A stretch of 64,000 nucleotides of DNA from an uncultured Burkholderiales bacterium (GTDB taxonomy: Bacteria; Vulcanimicrobiota; Xenobia; Xenobiales; JADMJV01): contig CAZYPN010000026.1 of assembly GCA_964649085.1 (NCBI GenBank), positions 28,971 to 92,970 on the forward strand, read 5' to 3'. This document shows, in pieces, positions 1 through 9,421 of this stretch (positions are counted from its first letter, which is position 1; the number at the start of each line of letters is the position of its first letter). The position numbers and the translations under genes were made by a program. The notes beneath the pieces were generated by a model, which was not told where the DNA came from, did no database searches, and saw nothing but the letters and a program-made list of their open reading frames with translations.

Positions 1-29
1 CGGCCCGGCGACTCAGCGACGCACAGGTC

Positions 30-956
30 GTGCGTCCGCCGGCCGATCAGACACGCGATCTCTCCACCCTGGCCCATTATCTTTGTCAGAACTGCGCTTC
101 CGATGAGGAAAAGGCCGAACAGCTCTTTCGCTGGGTGGCCGAGAACATCGCCTACGACCTCCCTTCGCTTCGCCATCCCCTGCGCCCCGAAGACGTCTCT
201 CCCCAGGTGGTATTGCAGCGTCGCCAGGCCGTCTGTTCGGGCTACGCCAATCTGTATCAGGCCCTGGGTCGAAAGGTGGGCCTCGAGGTCGAGGTGGTGA
301 ACGGTCGCACCAATTCACCGGTGGGTGCCGGCAACAATGGGGGCCACGCCTGGAACGCCGTCAAGCTGGACGGGGGCTGGGTGCTGGTCGACGCCACCTG
401 GGGGGCGGGCTACATCTCGGGGGAAACCTTTTTCCGCTCCTACTGCGATGATTTCTTCGAGGCCGACCCCCGCGAGCTGATCCAGACCCACTTCCCCGAG
501 GACCCGCGCTGGCAGTTGTTGCCCACCCCTGTCAGCCTGGACGAGTGGAGCACCTACACCTATCGTCCCCGCCATCGAGCAGGTCGGGGCGAGCCCGTAG
601 CCCTGACCGATTTCCGCCTCTCGACCCCCGCCACTGCTCCAAGGGGCTCTGCCCAGCCCGGGGCAGCGCCTCGACAGCTCTATTCCTACCGACTGCGCGG
701 GGTTCAACAGTTGCTGCCGCGCAGTGCCGAACTGCAGGAGGGAAGCCACGAGTTTCACCTTCAGGCGCCCGGAGCCGCCCGGGTCATGGTGCAAACGCCG
801 GAAGCCAGCTACGACCTTCTGGCGGTGCCGGGCAAGCCTGGCTGGTTTCGCTCCATGGTGCCTATCGCCGGACCCTCCGGCGGCCTCATCCGGGTGCTGG
901 CACAGTTTGGCTCCCAGGCCCGATTCGAGCCTCTGCTCGAGTATCGGCTCCCCTGA
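30..956 (+). CDS. Transglutaminase-like cysteine protease domain protein (may start upstream of window)
   Basis: Cys-His-Asp core motifs QAVCSGYANLY ... GHAWNAVKLDGGWVLVDATWG typical of the transglutaminase-like superfamily; normal composition; the antisense ORF 315..794 is Gly/Ala-rich junk. Confidence 0.7.
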   Translation: MRPPADQTRDLSTLAHYLCQNCASDEEKAEQLFRWVAENIAYDLPSLRHPLRPEDVSPQVVLQRRQAVCSGYANLYQALGRKVGLEVEVVNGRTNSPVGAGNNGGHAWNAVKLDGGWVLVDATWGAGYISGETFFRSYCDDFFEADPRELIQTHFPEDPRWQLLPTPVSLDEWSTYTYRPRHRAGRGEPVALTDFRLSTPATAPRGSAQPGAAPRQLYSYRLRGVQQLLPRSAELQEGSHEFHLQAPGAARVMVQTPEASYDLLAVPGKPGWFRSMVPIAGPSGGLIRVLAQFGSQARFEPLLEYRLP

Positions 957-968
957 GCCCGAACGGCC

Positions 969-1355
969 TCAATAGCGAACGCCAAAGAAATACTCCTGGC
1001 AGCCATAACACACCTGGTTCGAGCCGAGTTGTCCCTGATGCTTGCGCCGCCCGCACCACAGGCAGGGCATAAAGTAGCGTGGGTCCAGGAGAAGTTCGTC
1101 GGGGCTGGAGTCGGTGGTTTCCCAGCGGGCCTCGTTACGGTGGCCGTCCCACAGCAGTTCGGCCACCACCTGGAACTGGCCCTCGTGATGGCGGGTGTAC
1201 TGCTGCAGCAGTCCCTCATCGCTTTCTATCGCCAGGCCATAAGCTCTCGCCTCGATCAGCGGGCCCCTTCTGCCCTCGGCCTGTGCCCTTTCCAAAAGTT
1301 CCAAATTGGCCCGGCAAAAGGCCTCATATTCTGCCTGCGACTCAAAGCTCTTCAT
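969..1355 (-). CDS. Hypothetical protein with C-terminal Cys-rich (zinc-ribbon-like) tail
   Basis: Internal ATG (MKSFESQ) preceded by GGAGGG about 12 nt upstream; C-terminus CLWCGRRK...CYGCQEYF; the longer ORF to 1499 lacks an RBS. Confidence 0.5.
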   Translation of the reverse strand: MKSFESQAEYEAFCRANLELLERAQAEGRRGPLIEARAYGLAIESDEGLLQQYTRHHEGQFQVVAELLWDGHRNEARWETTDSSPDELLLDPRYFMPCLWCGRRKHQGQLGSNQVCYGCQEYFFGVRY

Positions 1356-1558
1356 CTGGCAGGGTTCAACCCTCCCACTGGTCGTCCTGGCGCACGAGGC
1401 CGCCGTCAAGTTCCCGGTAGGCGTGGCAACGAGGCCAGCTAAGAGCTCTTTGCTGGCGGCGTCCGGCAATTCTGGCAGGTTCGGCTCCGGCGCTACCATC
1501 CGGGTACAGTCGCCCAGACAATACTTACGGGAATTGGTCTGGTGCTGGTCGGAGAAAC

Positions 1559-2287
1559 TCAGCCCCGGGACTCGGGGTTCTGGAGCAATGCGCGCAGCCG
1601 GCGGAGTTCAGCTTCTGCGCGTTCGGCACGGGCTGCTTCCTGCTCGGCGCGGGCTGTTTCCTGCTCGGCACGGGCCGCTTCCTGCTCGGCACGGGCCGCT
1701 TCCTGCTCGGCGCGGGCTACCTGTTCGGCGGGGGTGGGGAGCAGGCGACCCTGGGGGTCGAAAATGCGCAGCTGGTCGCCGACGGGTCGGAAGTTCAGTT
1801 GCAGTGCCGGGCTGGTGTAGCCGGTGGCGGCCGGTACCAGCACGGGCAAGAAGCCGGAGCCGCCCCGGCGATAGACCTGGAAACGCGGCTCGAGGTAGTC
1901 ACCCCGAGGATCGAAAAGCAGGTATTCCTGCACTCCTAAGGTTTCGTAGAGGGCCTTTTTGTGATGGAGGTCTTTGCGGCGAGTGGTGCGCGAGGTGACC
2001 TCGATGACAAATTCGGGCATCTTGCCTTCTTCCCATAATTTGTAAATCTCGCGGGGATGGGGGGGATGGTCGAGCGTGACCATCACGTCGGGAGAGAGGC
2101 TGGCTTTGGGATTGCCACGCTCGTAGTAGAGCATCAGGTTGCCGCTGACATAGACCTGGCGCCCCCGGAAATGGGCGGCCAGGGCCTCGATGAGGTTGGT
2201 CATCAGCTGGCGATGCAGGTCGGACTCTGCCATGGGTTTTCCGTCGGAACAGGGGTAGTCTGGTTCGTCGTCCTGCGCGTGAAGCAT
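1559..2287 (-). CDS. Uma2-family (DUF820, PD-(D/E)XK-like) putative endonuclease with C-terminal AEQEAAR repeat tail
   Basis: MLHAQDDEPDYPCSDGKPMAESDLH...YYERGNP...VIEV start and body typical of Uma2 proteins; C-terminal (AEQEAAR)n repeat; start placed at Met 133 of the track ORF, where family-like sequence begins. Confidence 0.75.
   Translation of the reverse strand: MLHAQDDEPDYPCSDGKPMAESDLHRQLMTNLIEALAAHFRGRQVYVSGNLMLYYERGNPKASLSPDVMVTLDHPPHPREIYKLWEEGKMPEFVIEVTSRTTRRKDLHHKKALYETLGVQEYLLFDPRGDYLEPRFQVYRRGGSGFLPVLVPAATGYTSPALQLNFRPVGDQLRIFDPQGRLLPTPAEQVARAEQEAARAEQEAARAEQETARAEQEAARAERAEAELRRLRALLQNPESRG
1617..1730. repeat. About five tandem copies of a 21-bp unit ctgctcggcRcgggcYgcttc (encodes the AEQEAAR repeats of the Uma2 protein on the minus strand)
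   Basis: Directly visible in the sequence, 1641-1724 near-perfect. Confidence 0.9.
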
Positions 2288-2952
2288 GGTGTGGTTTTCG
2301 GGCCGTCGAACGAGTTTCCCTCGGCCGCTCCTTTCCTGTGGGCTGAGGGCAGTGTATGGGCCGGGAGGGCACGGTGTCTGTAGAGAATCCATGGCCGGAT
2401 GTGAACTTGTTTCGGGGCCGTTGGCGACTTTGGACATGCAATGGTAAAGAGGCCTGGCCCACTTGGAGGTGTTGGGTAATGGAAACTGGTCACCCAGGGA
2501 TTCTCGACGCAAAGCATTCTGTACTGGCTGCAAACCCGGCCAGTGATGATAACGCTGCCGCCAAAATTTCAGGCCTGTCAACTTGCTACTTCCGGGGCCT
2601 CTGTTCGAGATGGTAAAGTCTTTGAAGTCTTTGGCCAGACTGTATGTAGCGGAGATGCCAGGGTGATTCCCACAGGAATGCACGGAAGTCCTCTCAGAGA
2701 AGAATCAGCGTTGAACCGGTTGAACCGGAGAAGCCATAGGAGCATCTGTCGGATGATCAAGCGATACGATGTCTGGCGGGTGCTGCTGGCCGGGACCCAG
2801 CCGGTGGATAGCTACGATGTTGGAGAAGCGGTAACCCAACCCGCTACTCACCCCTATTTGCTATTTCGGACGCTGGACCGCGAGCGAGCCGAGATTCGCG
2901 AGACCGTGGTGACGTTTCAGCGGGGCGGACTGTTGGGCCCGGCTTCGGGGCG

Positions 2953-3372
2953 TTGAGTCGAGTGACCGTTCATCGCCTGCTCTGGATCGACTGTGCGGCC
3001 GCCCTGGCCGGCGGCATCGGGCTGGCGCTCCTGGCGGATTGGCTGGGGGCCTTCACCGGCCTACCCGTGATGCTCATCCTTCGTCAGTCCCGCATCAACC
3101 TGGTCTACTCCTTGTTCTCTTTTGGACTGACTCGCCTGTCGCCTTGCCCCCGTCCCTGGTTGGCTACTCTGGTGGTCGCCAATTTCTCCTATGCCCTCTA
3201 TTGTCTGGCCTTGCTATTCCACTACGCCTCTCGCTGTAACCCCTGGGGCTGGCTTTATCTGGTCCTCGAGGCCTCCCTGGTCGCGGCGCTGGCCAGCTGG
3301 GAGTGGCGGGTGTTTTTCCCGTCAGCAGCCGAAATGGACGGGCTTCAGCAATCTTTCAGGCCTCCAGGCTAG
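2953..3372 (+). CDS. Hypothetical 4-TM membrane protein
   Basis: TTG start overlapping the upstream stop (TTGA); hydrophobic helices LLWIDCAAALAGGIGLALLADWLGAF..., normal composition. Confidence 0.4.
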   Translation: MSRVTVHRLLWIDCAAALAGGIGLALLADWLGAFTGLPVMLILRQSRINLVYSLFSFGLTRLSPCPRPWLATLVVANFSYALYCLALLFHYASRCNPWGWLYLVLEASLVAALASWEWRVFFPSAAEMDGLQQSFRPPG

Positions 3373-3424
3373 CCTGCCCCTAGCCTCCGAAAACAGAGAG
3401 GCACGAGTTCGAGGGAGTTCCGTC

Positions 3425-4033
3425 ATGAATGTTCGCACCTACAGCCTGGGGGGTGTGCCGTCCGGCAGCCGCCAATCTCTTCGCGTTGAAGAGCACGACA
3501 AAACCCTGTCCGTGATTTCCGACGGGCGCATCGATGCCCCTATGATGGATGGCTTTCACAGTGCTGGCGCCGTCCAGTCGGTGCGCGATCCGCGCCTACA
3601 GTCACTGCGCAACGATACCCACAGCTGGTTCAAGGGCCACCTGATGAGGGAGTGGGAGTACGATGAAGACAAGGCGGCGCGCCTAAAAACGCTGGCCGAC
3701 CTCAAGGCTGCTGGCAAAGACGATTTCCAGGGCATCATCCTGCAGAATTTAGGCCCCAGCTGGAAACTGAGCCGTAGCGAGGTCCGCTGTGGTGGATCCG
3801 GTTCGCTCACTGCCACGCTCAAAGAGGGCGACCAGACCCTGGGGGTTACCGTCGATCGCTATCGTGGCGACGGCCCCGACCTTACCCTGTGGAGCACCCG
3901 GCTCGAGGGCGACTTCCGCCGCTCCCATGTGGTGTCGTACTTCTCTGAAACCGATCAGGTGGTGGAATCGGCCTATCTCGTCGACCGGCGTGTTCCAGTC
4001 AAACACCTTATCGGCGACGAGTGGTTGCAATAA
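3425..4033 (+). CDS. Hypothetical protein
   Basis: ATG (MNVRTYS) with GAGGGA 8 nt upstream; balanced composition; the longer track ORF from 3191 overlaps the upstream gene. Confidence 0.55.
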   Translation: MNVRTYSLGGVPSGSRQSLRVEEHDKTLSVISDGRIDAPMMDGFHSAGAVQSVRDPRLQSLRNDTHSWFKGHLMREWEYDEDKAARLKTLADLKAAGKDDFQGIILQNLGPSWKLSRSEVRCGGSGSLTATLKEGDQTLGVTVDRYRGDGPDLTLWSTRLEGDFRRSHVVSYFSETDQVVESAYLVDRRVPVKHLIGDEWLQ

Positions 4034-4555
4034 TCAGCGACTCAGCCAGCCCTGGTCACAGGAATCGATGGTGTCCTTGGGGCGAAAGTTCACCTCGTAG
4101 CCACTCTTGTTGCTGGCATGGGCCACGCTGGTCCCGTTCTTGTCGATCACGGTCTTGGTGATGGAATCCAGGTCCCAGCCCTTCACGTAGCTCAAGGTCA
4201 CCTGGCGATTGGCCTTGCCATCCGATCCGTAGTCGGTCCGCTGGTAGTGGGCACCGGTAAGTTCTTTGCTCACATGGGTTTCCCAGTAGCCCTCGCGATC
4301 CCGGTAGCTGTGCTCTTCGGTGCGAATTCCGGCACGAAAGGTGGTTTCGCTGCGGCCCTTCGGGCTGCGAACGTGCACCAGATTGTCGGCCGGGTTCAGG
4401 TCGGCCGGGCCGTTGTCGGCCTTGCGGAAGCTGTCGATCACCGCGTCCATTTCCTGGCGCAACTCGCGAGCCGCTTCACAGTCGCGTTGGAATCGGGCCG
4501 ACATCGACTGCAGTCCCTGGTTGTTGCTTGGGTGCTTGAGTGACGGGGTGTGCAT
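4034..4555 (-). CDS. Hypothetical protein
   Basis: GGAGG 8 nt upstream of ATG at 4555; balanced hydrophilic composition; convergent with 3425..4033. Confidence 0.55.
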   Translation of the reverse strand: MHTPSLKHPSNNQGLQSMSARFQRDCEAARELRQEMDAVIDSFRKADNGPADLNPADNLVHVRSPKGRSETTFRAGIRTEEHSYRDREGYWETHVSKELTGAHYQRTDYGSDGKANRQVTLSYVKGWDLDSITKTVIDKNGTSVAHASNKSGYEVNFRPKDTIDSCDQGWLSR

Positions 4556-4632
4556 AGCGAGAACCTCCAGGGCTGTCCAGATTCGGTTTGTATAAATTAC
4601 GATAAAATCGTGAACCTGGTGTTAACTCTCGG

Positions 4633-6045
4633 TTAAAAGTCTGTGTTTCCCCCGCTCGGGTTCCCGATTTGATCGTGGGCAGTTCCCGCCGTGTAATAGA
4701 CCACGGGCTTCTCGGCCCAGGCGGCTTCGACGGCGTCGGACACGCGCCAACCCGCCACCGCTTCTGCCGGTGTGGCAAAAAAGGCCGACTCACCCTGGGC
4801 GGCACTTGCTAGCAGGCCGGAATAGGCTGCCTGGTTGGGAATCTGGGGGTCGAGGGGCAGGCTTACCGTTTTCTCGGCCGTGACCACCTCGATACCCGCC
4901 TTTCCATTGACGGTGAACTTCATCGTGGCCGGTTGATCGGCCCTTAACCCCAGGCGCTCGGCCAGAGCCGGTGGCAGCGCGCGCAGATGAACGTCCACGC
5001 CCGAGCGTTTTTGCTCGACGCCCTTGGCGTTGATCAGGTGAAAACGCACGCCTTCCCAACGCGGCAAGCCCACCTTCAAGTCGAAGGCCACCAGGGTTTC
5101 GGCCTCAGACGGCGGAGCTCCCTCGGGCGCTCCCTGGAGGGGGTCGTTGAAGCCGGAAAACTGGCCTCGAACCACGGTCTCTGGCACGATTTCCACGGCT
5201 TCAGCCGCTCGCTGCCGCTGCAATCGAAGTTGCTCACTGGTGATGTTGGTGGGCAGATCCATGGCCAGCGAGGACAGGATTTGCATCGCATGGTTTTGGG
5301 TCATGTCCTTGAGAATGCCGGTGTCGCGGAAGTAAGGACGGTCGTTGGACTTGATCGTCTCCAACAACTTGACTTCCACCCGTTCCACATACTGCGAGCG
5401 CAACGCTTCGTCTACTTCAGGGCGGGCTTTGAATTGCAGCATATGGGACATGCCCGGATAGCCCAGAAAGTGGTCGATCAGCAACACCTGTCCGGGCTCG
5501 AAGTCGCGTTCCACCACCTCGGCCAGTTCGCGGGCCTCGGTCGAGTTGGCCCCGAAGGGCTTCTCCAGCAGAATACGCCGAAAGGCCCCGTTCTCTGGGC
5601 TTTGCGACAGCCCGCTCGATTTCAGGTTGTCCAGCAGGGGCTTGTAGGCCTTGGGGGGCACGGCCGCCAGAAAGACGGCGTTCTCGCTGCCAACGTCGTG
5701 CTGGATCTGTTGGAAGTCCTCCGGACGAGTCAGATTGACCCCCAGCACCGAGGCCCCTTCCTCTTGCAATGACGTCAATGCCCGAAACTTCTCGAATCCT
5801 GCTTCACGGATGGGTTTCGAATCGGCATCGCCCTGGCGAAACCGCTCCAGGTAGGCCGCTCCCGACGAGGGCTTCGAGCCCATCATAATCAGCGCGTGCT
5901 GTTCGGGGTTCAGACGATCGGTTTCAGCCAGCTCCACCAGAGCATCGCGCACCGAGCGCTTGCTCACGAGGTCGCCGGTGGCTCCGAAAATGTAGAAGCG
6001 CGCCGAGGGTATGGGCCCCAGGCTGCTTCGCAACAGTTCCGTCAT
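4633..6045 (-). CDS. zwf: Glucose-6-phosphate dehydrogenase-like NAD(P)-dependent oxidoreductase (divergent Zwf family)
   Basis: N-terminal FYIFGATGDL dinucleotide-binding motif, LIDHFLGY (cf. RIDHYLGKE) and ILKDMTQNHAMQIL (cf. RDMVQNHLLQ); start at Met 50 places the GxxGDL motif at residue about 17 as in G6PDs; alternative start 6192. Confidence 0.7.
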   Translation of the reverse strand: MTELLRSSLGPIPSARFYIFGATGDLVSKRSVRDALVELAETDRLNPEQHALIMMGSKPSSGAAYLERFRQGDADSKPIREAGFEKFRALTSLQEEGASVLGVNLTRPEDFQQIQHDVGSENAVFLAAVPPKAYKPLLDNLKSSGLSQSPENGAFRRILLEKPFGANSTEARELAEVVERDFEPGQVLLIDHFLGYPGMSHMLQFKARPEVDEALRSQYVERVEVKLLETIKSNDRPYFRDTGILKDMTQNHAMQILSSLAMDLPTNITSEQLRLQRQRAAEAVEIVPETVVRGQFSGFNDPLQGAPEGAPPSEAETLVAFDLKVGLPRWEGVRFHLINAKGVEQKRSGVDVHLRALPPALAERLGLRADQPATMKFTVNGKAGIEVVTAEKTVSLPLDPQIPNQAAYSGLLASAAQGESAFFATPAEAVAGWRVSDAVEAAWAEKPVVYYTAGTAHDQIGNPSGGNTDF

Positions 6046-6296
6046 GTCTTCCACGGCGGACGGCTGCGGAGCTGAACTCAAGGTGACCTGATCGGTGGCC
6101 CCCAAGGTTTCAGCAGCACCGCCCTTGTCCACGCCCGTTGCCGACTGCCGGTAGATCCGGTGGGGCTGGGAAGGCGTTAGGGGGGACAGCATCTCCGATC
6201 ATTCAGCAGGGCGATGGCAAAGCCTCCAACAGGAGGGATGTCTTAGTATGGACGGTTCTGTCAGTCTGACTGTAATAGTGTTATGCTTGGCATTCG

Positions 6297-6743
6297 ATGA
6301 GGAGGTGTGGGGTGAAGTCCTTCATTCTTGCGTGGTTACTCTCGGCCAGCCTGTGGGCCCAGCCTTCGGGGCCCATCATTCGCCCATTGGGGGCCGATTT
6401 CTATCTGGTTCAATGTAATGCTTATCCGCTCAAGGTCGACGACCGGGTAGTGCTCACCCGTCAGGGTGTCGAGGTGGGGAAAGGCCAGGTCATGCGTCAA
6501 GAGGGTGGCTTTTGCAGCATCCGCCTGCTCGAGGGTCAGGCCCAGCGCTATGACCTGGTGTCGCTGCAGTCTCAGGGGGGCTCTGGCGACCGGGGGCCGG
6601 CGCTGAACCTGCATACGCCACCGGCTTCCAAGCCAGGCGCGGCGGCACGTCCCCGCCAGTCCCAGCAAGCCAGCTATTTCCATTCGCTCGACTTCAGTGG
6701 TCGTGTCTACCAATTGAATACCGGCCAGGTGCTCACACCGTGA
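6297..6743 (+). CDS. Small secreted hypothetical protein (signal peptide)
   Basis: ILAWLLSASLWAQP signal peptide; GAGGAGG overlapping the ATG, so the GTG at 6312 is the more likely start. Confidence 0.5.
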   Translation: MRRCGVKSFILAWLLSASLWAQPSGPIIRPLGADFYLVQCNAYPLKVDDRVVLTRQGVEVGKGQVMRQEGGFCSIRLLEGQAQRYDLVSLQSQGGSGDRGPALNLHTPPASKPGAAARPRQSQQASYFHSLDFSGRVYQLNTGQVLTP

Positions 6744-7111
6744 GGTGGCTGCGCAGCTTCTGGTTGCTGTGTGCGGTGGCCTGGGCTCAACCCTCACCCA
6801 GGCTACCCGAGGGAAACTGGGTGGTCAGCGAAACTTCAGGCAGCACGGTGCAGGGCAACTGGTCCTATCGCGCCGGGGCAGCCGTGATACAGGCCCGCTG
6901 GAATAACGGCACCCAGGCCCTACTTCGTCTCGATTCGTGGGATGGCCAGCGCATACAAGTCTCCCGGCTCGATGCTAGCGGGCCCACCACCGGTCTCAGG
7001 GCCGTGTATTCGGGGGTTTGTCAGGGAACGTTGATTCAGGGGCAGGTCCATTGGTACTGGCCGGGCGGCTGTCGTCAGGGAAAGTGGACGGTTCAGTTGC
7101 CCCAGGTTTGA
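6740..7111 (+). CDS. Small secreted hypothetical protein (signal peptide)
   Basis: GTG start overlapping the upstream stop; FWLLCAVAWAQP signal peptide; tandem with 6297..6743. Confidence 0.5.
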   Translation: MRWLRSFWLLCAVAWAQPSPRLPEGNWVVSETSGSTVQGNWSYRAGAAVIQARWNNGTQALLRLDSWDGQRIQVSRLDASGPTTGLRAVYSGVCQGTLIQGQVHWYWPGGCRQGKWTVQLPQV

Positions 7112-7129
7112 GCTTTTCAGGGTTTCATC

Positions 7130-7909
7130 ATGACTCCCGGCTATGCTGCCCCCATGTTATCGCCGCTCCGCTTCCAATCGCCCACACTCTCGCGCCCGCT
7201 GGCAAGAGCCAATCGGCAGTCCCCGCAGGATCTGTCGACGGCTCCCTCGGACCAGGTCTGCCTCAGTGCGGCCCCAACGCCCAGCCGCACCTCGATCGGA
7301 GTTCGCGCCGGTCAGGCACTGTTGATCGGGTGCAGCCTCGTGGGCGGGGTGGTGGGGTTGGCCTCGGCGGCCCAGGCCCAGCAGGCTCAGGTCCAGGTGC
7401 GTCGCGGAGTGCGCTACGATATGACCGAGCAGCAGCTGAGCGAGCGGGTGCGCAACTCGCTGACGGCCGACCAGATCGGCGAAGGACAGCCCCACTTCAC
7501 GGCCTGGGAGGTCGACTCCAATCAGTCGAGCAAGTGGTATCACAACCCGCGCACGTTGCAGGTGGACGAGCAGCACAGCGGACGCACCGTCACCGAGGGC
7601 GACCCCTTCCGCCAGTGCGCCCGGCAAAGTGCCGACGGCACCTGCCAGACTGCCAAGCCCAATCAGATTCGTTACAGCGTGCTGAGCTGCATCTACCAAA
7701 AGCAGGAAGACGGTCAGCTCTACCGGGTCACCCACAAGTCCTACCAGCACAACTACACCCATAACATGCAGCGCAACGTCTGCGGCGGCCACGAGCTGCG
7801 CTACGACGCCGGTGCCATGACCTTCATGCCTCACCAGGTCAATGCCGAGGGCGATCAGTTGTTCCTCAATCCCGCCAACATTCTTTCGATCGAAAAAGTG
7901 GGCGGCTAG
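7130..7909 (+). CDS. Hypothetical membrane-anchored protein
   Basis: Balanced composition with a TM-like segment LLIGCSLVGGVVGLASAAQA; the overlapping antisense ORF 7157..8023 is Gly/Ala/Leu-rich junk. Confidence 0.45.
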   Translation: MTPGYAAPMLSPLRFQSPTLSRPLARANRQSPQDLSTAPSDQVCLSAAPTPSRTSIGVRAGQALLIGCSLVGGVVGLASAAQAQQAQVQVRRGVRYDMTEQQLSERVRNSLTADQIGEGQPHFTAWEVDSNQSSKWYHNPRTLQVDEQHSGRTVTEGDPFRQCARQSADGTCQTAKPNQIRYSVLSCIYQKQEDGQLYRVTHKSYQHNYTHNMQRNVCGGHELRYDAGAMTFMPHQVNAEGDQLFLNPANILSIEKVGG

Positions 7910-7917
7910 ATAGTCGG

Positions 7918-8442
7918 CTACGCCGACTTCTTCAGCAGTTGCCCAGGAGGCCAAGGAATCACGCCTCCAAGCAGGTCCACCCAGACCACCACTGCCACCC
8001 AGTGAAAGACAACCAGCGGCCACAGCGACCCGAAGCGCAGGTAGTGCAGGCTGTTCAGCAGGGCCAGGGCCAGCGCCAGCGCCAGGAAGCGCGGGTTCTC
8101 AAAGGCTGCCCGTGCCTCTGGCCCGCCTACTCGGCCCAGCAGCGGGTGCCAGAGCACGAATAGCACGGCGCTCAGCGCCACCGCGCCCCAGGGGTTGGGC
8201 GAGCCGGGTGCAGGCAGCAGCAGCACGCGCCAAAAGGCCTCTTCCAGGCAACAGGGCACCAGCCACAGGGCGGCCCAGCGACGCCAGCAGGGGCGACGCG
8301 GAGCCCAATGCAAGAACCGCCCCCGCAGCTTCCAGGCCAGCCCGGCGTAGAACAAGAGTTGCACCAGCAGCCACCCCCAGGCTTCGACGGGGGGCAAGGC
8401 CAGCGACTGCCACAATCGGTCATTTCCCAATGGAGTCAGCAT
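7918..8442 (-). CDS. CPBP-family (CAAX protease / Abi) intramembrane metalloprotease
   Basis: Motif 1 EEAFWR (EExxxR), motif 2 FVLWH (FxxxH), motif 3 HYLRF...HW; multi-TM. Confidence 0.8.
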   Translation of the reverse strand: MLTPLGNDRLWQSLALPPVEAWGWLLVQLLFYAGLAWKLRGRFLHWAPRRPCWRRWAALWLVPCCLEEAFWRVLLLPAPGSPNPWGAVALSAVLFVLWHPLLGRVGGPEARAAFENPRFLALALALALLNSLHYLRFGSLWPLVVFHWVAVVVWVDLLGGVIPWPPGQLLKKSA

Positions 8443-9002
8443 TGGGGGATATGCGAAAACATCCAGGCGTCGTGGCGCTTGCCGTGCAGGGCCAAGCGGT
8501 TGCGCAGCAACCCTTCATACCATGCCCCCGACTTTTCGGCCGCCCGACGCGACGACTCGTTGCCCACCGCCACCACGATTTCCACCCGGCCCAGGCCCAG
8601 TTGCTCGAAGGCCAGCCTTGAGGCCGCCCGAATGCAGCCCACGGCGATCCCCTGGCCCCAGCGGCTGCGGCGCACCCAGTAGCCCAGGTTGGCAAAACCG
8701 TGCTCGCGCGACAACTGGTTCAGCCCGCAGCCGGCCACCAGGTCCCCGCTGCCCGGGTCGAAGACCGCTAGAGAATAGTCCTCGCCGCGCTCCCAGGCGG
8801 GCGGGCGCGAATGGGCATAGCTGATGCTCTCGTCCTGGCTATAGTCGGGGTGACACCAGGGCATCCATTCGCTGAAGCCAGCACCGGCCGACTCGCGGGC
8901 GGCTTCATAGAGAGCCCTCGCGTCCTCGGGTTGATAGGGGCGAAAGAGCAGCTCGACGCGTACTTTGTCGTCGGCCGGCAGCAGCAGTTCGAAAGCGATC
9001 AC
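8436..9002 (-). CDS. GNAT-family N-acetyltransferase (RimJ/RimL-like)
   Basis: Acetyl-CoA-binding region RRSRWGQGIAVGCIRAASRLAFEQLGLGRVEI (Q/RxxGxG/A motif A). Confidence 0.8.
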   Translation of the reverse strand: MIAFELLLPADDKVRVELLFRPYQPEDARALYEAARESAGAGFSEWMPWCHPDYSQDESISYAHSRPPAWERGEDYSLAVFDPGSGDLVAGCGLNQLSREHGFANLGYWVRRSRWGQGIAVGCIRAASRLAFEQLGLGRVEIVVAVGNESSRRAAEKSGAWYEGLLRNRLALHGKRHDAWMFSHIPQC

Positions 9003-9065
9003 GCAGAAATCATCGCCCCCTGCGGCTATCGTGTCAATCGCTTTACAGGCCGTGGCGGGTGAAGG

Positions 9066-9257
9066 TCAGGCCAGGAAGTAAATCCCGTGACCAATATCGT
9101 CTGCAGTGTTGCCGGGGGTAATCAGGCCGGTCGCAGTATCCAGGGTGAACACCTGGTTTCCGGGGAAGTCACGCCCGGGTTCTGCCCACTCGGTCGAGGG
9201 CGTTTCCTGACGAGACCGCCGGATGGAAGGTTGGGAAACGAAGTTGGCCTGGATCAT
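9066..9257 (-). CDS. Small (63 aa) hypothetical protein; first gene of the small-ORF / GNAT / CPBP string
   Basis: AGGAG 7 nt upstream of the ATG; co-directional and tightly spaced with the GNAT and CPBP genes. Confidence 0.45.
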   Translation of the reverse strand: MIQANFVSQPSIRRSRQETPSTEWAEPGRDFPGNQVFTLDTATGLITPGNTADDIGHGIYFLA

Positions 9258-9421
9258 GGTTTGCTCTCCTGGATGTTTTGTCTGTAGGGACCAGCTTACA
9301 CGGCAATCCTGAAAAAGCTCTCAAGGGCACACTCCAAGGGGGGGGCAAACCAGGCAGGATGCTCAAATTGTTTCCAGAATGTAACCAAAGTTACAGACAA
9401 ATGAACTGGGGGGTGGGCAAC

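Noticed and set aside
1005-1035. tRNA-like GGTTCGAGCC T-loop-like string
   Set aside because: No complementary stem or acceptor arm. It lies inside a supported CDS.
4987-5772. 261-aa plus-strand ORF antisense to the G6PD-like gene
   Set aside because: Gly/Leu/His/Gln-rich junk. The sense strand has G6PD motifs.
7157-8023. 288-aa minus-strand ORF overlapping 7130..7909
   Set aside because: Gly/Ala/Leu/Val-rich with runs like LGGSGGLGG. The plus frame has more protein-like composition. Neither has homology, so confidence in the plus gene is only moderate.
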